Below, piece after piece: positions 23,121 through 34,800 of a stretch of 64,000 nucleotides of DNA. The translations under genes and the position numbers were made by a program. This stretch comes from Heptranchias perlo (Eukaryota), in the NCBI RefSeq assembly GCF_035084215.1, contig NC_090329.1:51274001-51338000 (forward strand), read 5' to 3'. Below the pieces are notes generated by a model. It saw nothing but the letters and a program-made list of their open reading frames with translations. It had not been told where the DNA came from and made no database searches. The stretch's first letter is position 1. Each line of letters begins with the position of its first letter.

Positions 23121-23900
23121 TTGACCATAAGGATACCTATGTGTAAGGGGCACAGGGCACTAGAATAACTTGTTGATAATTGTTCAAGAATGAGAAAAAA
23201 AAGCAAAATTATGTATTATTTGTACACAAGTGCTGGCGGTAATTTCTTATAGCAGCATTGCCTTATTACATTGTTTTAATAGTGAACCCTGTTCCTAAAG
23301 AATTTACAGAAACAGCACTGGTTACCACATGTAAGACCCAACAGCACTTTATTTTCTTCTGTGATCAAAAAAGGTGTGATGGTTGCGGAAGAGATCCAAT
23401 TGTGGGCACCAGATTTGTTTGCACTCAATGTGATAATTTTGACTACTGTACCATTTGCTTCCACACAAGTGATAAAGACCAGTTATTTAGCAGAATTGAC
23501 TGTCCAGGTATGGCTGCTAGCATTCTGGCTCAATATTATATATACATTAAGCCTTATAGCTGCACTGCACCCAAACTTCGAATACTTGGAAGAGGAACTC
23601 TGCTGTAGAAGCTTTTTCAAATCCTGAAAAAATATCAAGATATTGAACTGATAAAGAATATTTGCTTTCATATCGTAATATTGAATTTAATGGGGAGAAG
23701 AAACAGTTGATCCAAGGTGAAATGTGCAGTACATCCTCTAAAAGTAAAAATGCACCACATGGTAGCACAATCAACATTGAGCAATCCAAGCTCAAACCCA
23801 ACCACCCAATGGTCTGACTTTTATTCAGCCTTCCCTTCTGAAAAAGATTTATTGATTTTTGTTTCTTTTCATTGGTATAGCAGATTGCACGGACAAGTAG
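23121..23900 (+). pseudogene. Orphan ZZ-type zinc-finger exon set (HERC2/MIB-like ZZ), probably a gene fragment or pseudogene
   Basis: Main exon 23374-23507 (aag|GTGTGAT...CCAG|gtatgg) encodes CDGCGRDPIVGTRFVCTQCDNFDYCTICFHTSDKDQLFSRIDCP. Phase-compatible candidates: micro-exon 23121-23142 (DHKDTYV, gtaagg donor) and terminal exon from 23881 (ADCTDK*). The flanking exons are less certain than the main one. Confidence 0.6.
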
Positions 23901-24180
23901 AAGACCATGAACTACAGATTATAGTAAATAGTGTGAAATTGCATACTAAAGTTTACATTGTTATGTCATGGAATGGTTTTAAAATTCTCCTCCGACCTAC
24001 CACCCATGTTTGGGGCTGCAAAATTAATTCTTAAAGACCTTAAATCTGCCATAAAAGAAAAAAAACACATTTGCATTGCTCTCACAAAAAACTGTCAGGT
24101 TCCTTTCAGGTCCATCACAAGCCTGCCCTGCCAACTCCCAAAGGTTGAAAGTAGAAACAGAAATTAAATCACAACTCTAT

Positions 24181-24326
24181 GGGGGTGAATTTCCTCAGGT
24201 CTTCTCCTGCTCCACCACCGAAGCTGAGATGGAAGTTCAGCAGAAACCCCGTTTACCACGCCTAAATGGCGATCCCGCTGAAACTACCGTGGTGGAGCGG
24301 GAGAAGCCCCGGGGAAATTCACCACC
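24181..24326. mobile_element. 146-bp palindromic MITE flanked by TAT
   Basis: GGTGAATTTCCTCAGGTCTTCTCCTGCTCCACCAC pairs imperfectly with GTGGTGGAGCGGGAGAAGCCCCGGGGAAATTCACC; inner arms ttcagc..ccgttta / taaatgg..gctgaa also pair; TAT at 24178-24180 and 24327-24329. Confidence 0.75.
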
Positions 24327-27300
24327 TATGTGATAAAGGTATCTTTACTTTTAACAGCCCCATTCACATGGAAGTACCTACAAAATTAATTCTCCCTTTC
24401 TACAACTACACTGTGTGCCAGCTACGTTACTTCCTAGTCTCTAATCCTATGAAATGCTCCGAGTGAGATGAGATTGAACGTTGGGTGACTGGGACGGTTT
24501 CCATATAAAGCTTTAGAGACCTGTGGTGACTCTTATTTCAGGATAGCTGCTGTCCCACACTGGGCACTTGCAGTAGTAAGGGGGCTTGGACCCATCTCTG
24601 AAACTTCCTCATGAAAGGATTGGAGGAGTCTTTATGGAGGTGGGGTGATTACCACTCTCCAGAGACAGTGACATCTGCACCCACTCCGTGCAGCCCACTG
24701 TTACCGGGCACAGTTTCTGAGATGCTACTGGTCAATGTCAACACAGACTGACTAGTCTCAAATCACATGTTGGAAGCCTGAGAAAGTATCATGTTCAACA
24801 TACTGCCAGCTGCCACTCTGGAAGGCACCAATGTCCTTGGGTCTTTTATGGGTCTTAATGCTGCAACAATATCCCAGGCTGTCAGTCTCCAGGGTGTTCT
24901 GCAGGTTATGAGAACCCACCTGCAATATGTTGCAGATTCAGGTAGTGGACACCTTCCATTTATCCATCATCTCAACCATATGCATGGAAACCATCTCCAT
25001 TGCCTCCAAGTGAGATTGATGATCAAAAGCCATTGTTCCTTTGAACACTGGGCCCCTAGGCTCCTCAGCCAAGGGTAGTCAATTCCCTTGGCTGAGGAGC
25101 CCACCCTCCTCTCTTGCAGTCCCAGGTTCTCACTAGTTCGCAATGATGCATTCAGTGACAACCCTTCTGACTGTCTAATTCTTTATGAGTGAATGTCTCT
25201 GTGCTGGTGTTTGTACAGGTAAGATGCCAGGACAGAGTTAGTGAGCACATGGCAGCAGCTGTGGATCTGGAAGCATCCAGGTGGTCATTCGAGTGACTTT
25301 TTTTTCCCCCTCCAAAGCACCCCCTCTGCTGTGAAAGATAGAAGAGTCCATTTAGCTGTACATAGTGACATTTGCTCTTAAAGAAATAATGGGTGAGTGT
25401 AAGTAGTTCAATACTTTAGCAAAAAGCTGAAACTACATATGGTGAGCCTTATTCAGCCTTCTCTTGCCAGCTTATATCCAACCTTACCCTCCTCTTCCTT
25501 GAGGACTCAGTTTTCAGTGGTGCTGAATGTATGCCTTTTTGCTTAGAGGGAGAGAAGGTAATGTTACAGGTGTGTGAAAGTGATGGAGACGCACCCCATA
25601 TGCGGTTATGTATGCCATGAGGTGAAGTTGCCTTGTCCCTTCAAACAGGGTGTCGTTTGGAGACTCACAGAAGCCCTTGCAGCATGTTTGATTAAAGAAG
25701 GCACCGAGTGTTTGCCCATAAGTGGTAGTTAACTAACAGCCCTTTTTTGTCCAATAGAAACATAGCAGGCTGATTTATGAGAAGTTTTGAAGCCTGTTAT
25801 TTTTTTCCTCTCCAGGCACAAAATCAATTTATGCAGGAAGATCAGGAAAAGGAGGAATGCCTCAAGACAAAGCTTTTACTAACACTTTAAATTCTTGAAG
25901 ACTAGGACCAGGTCATCACTACCTCAGTTTATCAAGGAGGAACTATTCCTTTTCTCCCTCCTGTAACATGGATTATTTAATATGAACCTGGTAGTCATAG
26001 CTGTCATTAAGCACATTTCCTATCTAGAAATGAAGCTAGCTCTGGTTTAGTCATGAAGCTTTAGGTTGCTATTGTAATGATAAAACACCCCTGATGGATT
26101 GGTCAACACTCAAGAAAACAGAAGTTTGACAGGTTGATTTATTTTAAATTAAAATAGTAACTTTCATTTGAAGAATACATTAAAGGAAAATTTCACATTT
26201 TAATTTTGGAAATACATCCTAGCCTATTAGCATCTAGATTGTAGACTTAAGTGGAAGATAACTAAATGAAGATTTGGGAATTATTATTTTTTTTGGGGGG
26301 GGTGGGGGAAGGGAAAAGAGAGACAGAAAGGGGGAGGAGGGAATGAGGAAGCACAAAGGGGAGAAAAAGTGAGCATCAGATATGCTAGCTCCTAGCATAA
26401 AATGAAAGAGCTGAATTATCTAGGAACAGCTTTGAAACATACATATAAATATGCAATGTAGTCTCCAAAAAGAGGTAAAACATCCTACTTGGAAAGGAAC
26501 AGGCAGGAAAATGGGAAAGACAACTGAGGTCTGAAATTACTTAAAAGACTAGTTTGTTGCAGTTAGAACAGTAGAGGAGGACCAAGAAAGGAATTGCAGC
26601 GAAGGGATGGAAGATAGAACAAAAAATGGTTAGATGGCATACTTGCTAACACAGAACAGATATTTTGGAAAAATATGATCATTCAATCCACATTTTTAAA
26701 AACACCCAAAACAGTGGAGACTGCTTTGTGAGTCATTAATAGTAGGGATTGATGCAGAAAATTTAATATTTGGTAGAAAATGAAGAGTAAATATTCTGGG
26801 AGAAAAGTTCACTCCATCAACATGCTCATCTTTTCTTGAAGTGTGAATACATTTGAGACCACGAGTTGCAGTCAAAAAAAACCAAGTACAGCAGTCAGGT
26901 CAAGTAGAGTTGGGGCAGGGGGAAGAAAAAAGACTAAAGGCAGAAAAAAACCCTTCAGCATGAAGGGGAGTTAAACGCTCAGGCTGGTTTCACTCAGGGT
27001 AGGAGGAGAGAAAGCAACAAACTGGTGATATTCCATTTTACGTGTATTATGTGGAGAAGGCTGGAAGGTACTATTCTATAAACAAAATGGCTTGTTCAGG
27101 TGGTTTTGGTGCTGTATACTCCCAAACGGTTACCATGTGACATTAGAAACCACCAGCAATGTCACAGCTACTATACAATGACTCAATTGTGTCTACGAAG
27201 TTTATGTTGCACATTTCCATGAAGGTAGTAAATTCAAGTCTTCAACAACCATAGCCACCACTAAAGCAGATTTGGAGCTTGTGCAGCACAAGTCAGTTGT

Positions 27301-28826
27301 AGCCTCCACCTCCTTCTAGCCATACTGCAAGGGAGATATGCCACAGGACAACCCTCCATGATTAAGGTGATCAACTAGCATTTGGATACTAGGCTGCTTC
27401 AGCACCTGCCTTAGACACATGGTTGTCCCATTACCTTTCAACCTATTGGCTCTTCCTCATTACTAAGTCCTTCATCCTCACTCCTTTAGTTTTGGTCAAG
27501 CCTGCAAGAATAGTTTCTATTTTGTCACTCCTTTAAATTCCATTATTAGCATAGTCCCTACACATTCAAATCTGTAAAGTATAACTGGCCTTAAGAAAAG
27601 GGAGGGATTGGTAGAAGCTGAACCATTCAGAACTAAAGTTACATTTGTTAAAGGAAAAGAAGGAGAAGAATTCTTTGTTGGATGTTAAGGGAGAGGCAAG
27701 GAACTGGAGTGACAACAGGGAGCAGTGGAAGACAACATCCACTCAAGCTGGAGGCTTCAGGGAGGGAAGGTCAGCAGCATTGCACGAAGTGGCTGATTTT
27801 TTTGGGGGTGGCTATTTATGCATCAAGCTTTCTCCTCCCCCCCCACAAAAAAACCCCACTTGTCTAGACTAGAAATCGTTCATTGACAAGAGTGTTCAAC
27901 AACGAATGGTGAGAGTCTGCAGATAACACCATAGCAGCCATTGGTTAGCATCAGCTGGGTGATATTAGTTTCCACATGTATTTGAAATGACAAGAGGTTA
28001 ACAGATTGCAAAAATGTGATCAGTGACTCATACCAAAATAGAAACTAGTGTATCCCACAAATTTACATGACAGAACCATTAAACTAATTTATTCTGGAAT
28101 CATACACTAGGATCGAAATACACTACAGAAACTCAGACCAATTTCAGAACAAGCAACAGAGCATCTGGTAGAGAACTGCACCTTAAAGTGTAACATTTAA
28201 ATTTCACATTATAATTCAAAATGTAGCTCATTACTTAATAGGTAGGTGTGAAAAATAGCATTTGATCATGCACCCCTACCAAGTGAAGTTAGCCATGGGC
28301 CAGTCCTTAGTCAACTAGCTTTCCTGTAGTGACTATTAAGCCAAGAACACTCCTGTCCTCACTGCTTTCCACATTTAAAGATTTAATATGGTAGGGGGTA
28401 GGGGGAACTCCTGGCAAGGTCAGGAAATGGTAGACTTGCTTTCTAGCAGGATTGTTTGTTTGCACTGCTGATGCAAAGTGTCTACTTCCTGGTTAAAATG
28501 TTACAGTACTTGAGGGCATGTCTGAAGGCTTTGGCAGTAGAGCATGTATTCCCTCAGGCAAAGCATGCTGAGATCAGCAAGACACTTCCCTGGACAGATT
28601 AGTTCTTTTCAGCACCTCACCCCAGAAAAGATTTAGAATTACTGACATACTCACTTCATTCAACTCAAAGATGTGGGTTTATGGGCCAGAGACATCCATA
28701 TTCCATAATGCATAATACATTAACAGATTGAGTGGTACTTAACCTCAACAGGGGGTGTCAAAACAGGCCTTTTTAAACTCATGCAACAGAATATACGCTA
28801 AGCCAGTTCAAATTTCATTTATTTAT

Positions 28827-31800
28827 TCAGTGGTACATGTGCATTTTCACAAGAATTAGTACAAGAATTAAAAAGATTACTGAACAGCTTCCCAGCACCC
28901 ACAGCCAATAAGAGTGCATTGTTCCACCTGAAAAACAAGAAGGTTGATTTGACATTTTCCTCCATGATACTTAAAGGTCACAATTGGCAGTTCTCTAGGG
29001 TCTCAGCTGGGAGAGTGTTAACGTATACAGGGACCACCAACACTGGGCTGGAAAGAAAAACCCAGCACTCCCAACATCTCACCAGTGGCTCCTGTGGAAA
29101 GCATGCACAGCCACTGCAATATCACATCCAAACAGGAGGAACCAGCTGTATTCACACCTGGTGATTGCTTGTCACCAGTCAATAGTGATTTGATGAAGGT
29201 ACAGAAGCTGACTGGTCAGCATCAAACATTGGGTTTGTTGAAAGACAGTGGCCTTTTCTGACTAGTCAATTTAGTTTAACAATCCTGCTGAGTAGAGTAG
29301 GACAGGGCTGGATGGTTCCTTTCCAATAAGCTGTGAGCAAGATAATCAAGCCTCCAAAAGCTTGTGATTTTCAAATAAAACTGTTGGACTATAACCTGGT
29401 GTTGTAAGATTCCTTACATTTGTCAACCCCAGTCCATCACCGGCATCTCCCCATCAAGATAATCAAGCAAGCACTTGAAAGGATACAATAGCCATGCTCA
29501 TAGAATGTTAAATGCAAGAGCACAAGTCAGAATGGTTTAGTTATCAATTATCAAAAAAAGGTACCCATTACACCAGTTTGGGCAGTGACCTGGCAAATGA
29601 CGAGAATCATGAGTTAACAATATTACAGGTGCCTTTAAAAGCAGTGTTAACTCACCTTGTCCATTCTTTGCTTGTTCCAATGTTCCAGCAAAAAGCCACA
29701 CTTCTCCAAGAGATACATAATCTTGGAGACTATCCTGACCTGTAAGAATTTAAGCATTAGTCCAAGGCAGAATATTCACATTCAAATTAATTACAAATGC
29801 ACTATGTCTTACCTAGTTTTCCAGGAATGCATTGCCCATTGCAAGAATAGTTGGTAGCTTGTTGCTTATTAGCACAAATCCCAACACTGCAGTGAAAGTA
29901 TACCTGCAAATATAGTTATTGTTAATAACCTGAAGTATTTAACATTAATGCTAGATCATGTTCAAATGAAGCAACTGGATGATGTCATTTGTAAGCTAGT
30001 GGGTGAAATGGTTTGAGGCTCAAGAACGCCTTGTGACATTTAGTTTGCAACCCCTAGACTTACTTTCTTTGGCAAGACTGTTTGTTCTGCAGGAGACAGT
30101 TTCAGTGTTTTTACTTCAAATCTTTTCAGATGCTGGGAATCTTGGATACGGTTTGGTACTGGGTGGAAGACAGCCACGAACATCTCTTCTTTATTCTCAC
30201 AACTGTTTAGACAGACATGGAGTTTAGACCAAAAAAAAAAAATAGTAGAAGCAATAGCTAGACATGTACGCTTCATTACCCACCCAGCCTGAATAATATG
30301 CCACTCTGGTGGGCTGTTGTGATCAGGAGTTGTAGTCATCCAGCAATGATCCAACAATAAGTCCATTTGAGGATCCTTGTGGTTTAGTAGCTCAACTTCA
30401 AAATAAAGGGATTCTGTCCAATTCACCACCACTGGGTATTCATCATCTTTGTAGAAATCCAAATAATCTGCACCTGTAGAGACAGAAATGTATTAGCTTT
30501 TTGTACAGGGGATGAATAGACCAAAATGTAATGTCTGTCCAGCTTACTTTTGTAAATCCTTGAATGTAGGTTCAAAGTGTGCCTTGGCTTCTTGTGCCCT
30601 AAAATTAAAAAAAGATGCTGTAGTTGCGACATAAAATTCTTATGCCAAGACCAGTCAGATGAAGACTTAACCCATCTCTTGCCCAGTTTACAATGCCTGA
30701 ATACAAGAGTGTCCATGTTCCAAGGATATCAGTTTCAGAATACAATAGCAAGCCAAGTGAGGAACTCAAGTCCCTGAACAGTTCATGCACTGAGTGGCTT
30801 TCAGGGCATTCTACAGTAGATAATTAGCAAGGTCTTCATAAGTGTACAAAGACAAATACTGTCCTTTTTTAAGCCCCCACTAATTGAGAACAGTTATTTA
30901 ATCCAAATTCATTAGGTAGACACGTGCATGCATTTTAAAAATGTGGACTATGGGCACTTACTTTCAACAAGGCTAAGTTGAAAACATATGTTCCATATTA
31001 GTTAACAGAATTCAAACCAACAGGAGATTCAGTGCAAACTTACCCCTCACTATTTGCAATCTATTGGCTGTAGAATTGTGACCAGTGCCTTTCTGGTATC
31101 CCTTCACAAACCCAAGGGCCAACGTATTGTTTATTTGGTACCGACAAGAGACAGTTAACCTATCGGGAAAAATAAAGCAAGCTCATCACCACTCCCACAA
31201 GTCTACAGCTATCTATTTTGCACAGCTGTACCTACTGATAATCTGGGTCTCTGGTTATCACTGGGAAGTCAACAGGGATCAGCTCTCTTGGGTATGAAAC
31301 TTCATTCTCATAGATCAAGTAGTTTCCTTTAATCTAAACAGCATCATGTGATTACAACCACAAAGCTATGCATGCCAGAATACATGTTAATTTGCAAGTA
31401 AAGGACTAGCAAAGGTTTTTTTGGGGGGCGGGGGGGGGGGGTTGCCGGAAGGGGTTGTATTTGCTATACTTTAAATCGTAAGTATCAGTGAACCCAAGAC
31501 TTACTGTTCTTGTGGTACCACAGCTGTCAACATGAAATTGGAAGAGGGCTTTATTGTGATCAAATTCCCTTGGCTGACATTTTCCATCCCTCAGTACCAA
31601 CTTACTAGGATCTAGGTCAGGTAGTGTATCCACAACTGCAGTGACCACCATGGTTCCATTGGGAAAGCATACTACAACAAAATGCAAAGTAGTTTACTTC
31701 AATTATAGGTTAATCTTTTGATCCAGATTCTGCCTACATTGTAAAGCTTACCTGCAAGATCTACAGCAGGAAAACTGCAGGATACTGAGAAATGGATCTC

Positions 31801-34800
31801 AATCCTTAATGTACTTTTGTCTTTCAGTGTCAGGTTGAGCCGAGCTACAATTCCACGAAGGCTCAGTTCCTAAAGAAAGTGGAGCTGCAGTTACTTTATA
31901 CAAATGTAAAAGCTGGCAAATAAGAAAAAGGTGACATGCATCACATACCTCATAAATCACACCCATTGCAGAGAGAGGGACACCAAACAAAATATGGGTT
32001 GTATTATCCACAATGAGGTACCCATAATCATGTGCAGATTGTGGTGTCACCAGCATTTTACCAATGAATGGAAGCCAGTAATGCACCAAGTTCCCATGAG
32101 TTACTAGTAGATACATGGTCTTTTTGTCACAGAATCCAGTGGCCTTGGGCAATACTAGAAGGGGAAAAAAGGCACTTAGTTGTCTGTACTATTCTGTTCA
32201 TACAAAGAATTTGTGACTACTCACCAATATCTGCCACTTCACACATTATCTCAACATCCTGGATAAAGAGTTCATTTTCTGGAATGATGTTGAAAGTGTA
32301 GATAACATTCAGTGTGTAGCGTCTGATGTCAGAATGTAGATGCTGGAAGAGAAATAGTGGCCACTTTGTAGCTCAGAATAAGAGAACTTGTATGTTCTAT
32401 AGTAGCTGGATGCTATTCTGAAAGTCATTTTCTCCTCCCTCTGGGCACATGATAGCGTGAAGACAATTGACTCCTACCTCATGTTGAGAAATACATATGC
32501 TCCATTGCATTAGAACTATCTAGGTTATTATTCTACAAGTCCTGCTCTCCCCTTCAAAGTGATTGTAGGATGATTTCGCTTCCAAAACCCCATATTCTTC
32601 CTACCAGGAAGAAGTCTTCCTTAGACTGGGAATAAATGCTATTGATTTACATTCTGGACATTTAGTTTCCACCATCACCCAAATTGTTTGAAAGAATGCA
32701 GAATAAACCCTAGAGCGGGCAATCCATTTAAAATCCTGGTTTGGGTGGGGGGGGGGGGAAAAAAGAGAAAAAAAAAAGAGAAGGTGTACCCAAACAGCTG
32801 TTGAATTAACACAATCTGAACCCCTTCAGGTGAAGGAAGTTGACAAATACCAGCCTTAAAAAAAATGCTGTTGTCCTAGAGCTGTGCAAGGAAAAAAATG
32901 GGCAGAAGCATTAAGAGTTCAGTTCTACATAAGTAGATTTGTAGTGAACTGGAAACATACAAGCAGTACTATTCTAGTTACAACCACGACTGCTTGCAAC
33001 TTGATGATGGGCATTAGACCAATGATACCAGAGTGGCTCAAGTATTTCATCAGCAGCTAACACCATTGAAGTATTCTGAATCAACTCATAGGAACACAAG
33101 TAGGCCATTTGATAAGATCATGGCTGATCTGTGATTTAACTCCATATACCTGCCTTTGGCCCATATCCCTTAATACCTTTCGTTGCCAAAAAGCTATCTA
33201 TCTCAGATTTAAATTTAGCAATTGAGCGAGTATCAATCGCCATTTGCGGAAGAGAGTTCCAAACCTCTACCACCCTTTGTGTGTAGAAATGTTTTCTAAT
33301 CTCGCTCCTGAAAGGTCTGGCTCTAAGACTGTGCCCCCTACTCCTAAAATCCCCAACCAGTGGAACTAGTTTCTCTCTATCCACCCTATCAGTTCCCTTT
33401 AATATCTTATAAACTTTGATCAGATCACCCCTTAACTTTCGAAACGCCAGAGAATACAACCTCAATTTGTGTAATCTCTCCTCGTAACTTAACCCTTGAA
33501 GTCCGGGTATCATTCTAGTAAACCTACATTGCACTCCCTTCAAGCCCAATATGTCCTTCTGAAGGTACGGTGCCCAGAACTGCTTACAGTACTCAAGGTG
33601 CGGTCTAACCAGGGTTTTGTATAGCTGCAGCATAACTTCTGCCCCCTTGTACTCCAGATATAAAGGCCAACATTCCATTTGCCTGCTTGATTATTTTCTG
33701 CCCCTGTTCATGACACTTCAATGATCTATGTACCTGAACCCCTAAGTCCCTTTGGACAGTCACTGTTTTTAAACTTTACCATTTACAAAGTACCCTGTTC
33801 TATCCTTTTTTGAGCAAAAGTGGATGACCTCACATTTGTCTACATTGGGCAAAACTGTGGCAAATGGAATTCATTCACCTAATCTATCAATATCCCTTTG
33901 TAATTTTATGTTTTCATCTTCATTGCTTACAATGTCACCAATCTTGGTCATCAGTAAACGTAGATATGAGACTTCCTATGCCTTCATCTAAGTTGTGAAG
34001 AGTGAATAATTGAGGCCCCAAGACATTTCCCTGCGGGACTCCACTAGTCACATCCTGCCAATGTGAGTACCTTCCCATTATCCCTACCCTCTGTCGCCTT
34101 TCCCTCAGCCAATTTCCTAACCAAGTCCGTACTTGTCCTTCGATTCCATGGGCTTCTATCTTAGCTAACAGTCTCTTATGTGGGACCTTATCAAATGCCT
34201 TCTGGAAGTCCATATAAATAACATCCATTGACATCCCCTGTCCATTACTTTCACCACCTCTTCAAAAAATTCAATCAGGTTTGTCAGGCATGACCTACCT
34301 TTCACAAATCCATGCTGGCTCTCTGATCACCTTGAATTTTCAGTTATTCAGTCACCCTATCCATATGGACTCCAGCATTTTCCCCCACAGATGTTAGGCT
34401 AACTGGTCTATAATGCCCCAGTTTCCCTCTCTTTCTTAAAAATCTTATTGTCACCTCCCCAAAGTCATTGAAGGCAAAAACCCAAGACTTCAGGCTAGAG
34501 TATGATTAATAAACCAGCAAAAAACCTCACTGCTCTAAGACTACAACAGCTCAGGCTATTGCTCTATCCAAGCTGGCTGTTGGACCAATTATGTCCCTCA
34601 AGAGCCCATGATGTTCCTTTTGCCAAGTGGATTTAAATTAACAGCTTATGAAAGTTAGATTTTGCAGCTCAGGTTAAAATATTTAAACTAGTCAATATTG
34701 TTTGTGGATAATTACTGTAAAATCAGTTCAACCAATACTTCTGCACAGGCGTCACTTGTTTGATCTAGTTCTGATCACTTCACTTGAGCAATGACCAAAT

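Larger units (their letters stand above)
1..25630. repeat. Tandem segmental duplication unit 1
   Basis: Position 1 (ccttgtcccttcaaa) aligns with 25631 and 45760, and the ORF track recurs three times in the same order. The boundary is set by the window start, so the true junction is not visible. Confidence 0.93.

Noticed and set aside
24500-25630. ORFs of 95-122 aa in the spacer, possibly a Harbinger accessory (Myb/SANT) gene relic
   Set aside because: No diagnostic motif recognised and the frames differ between units.
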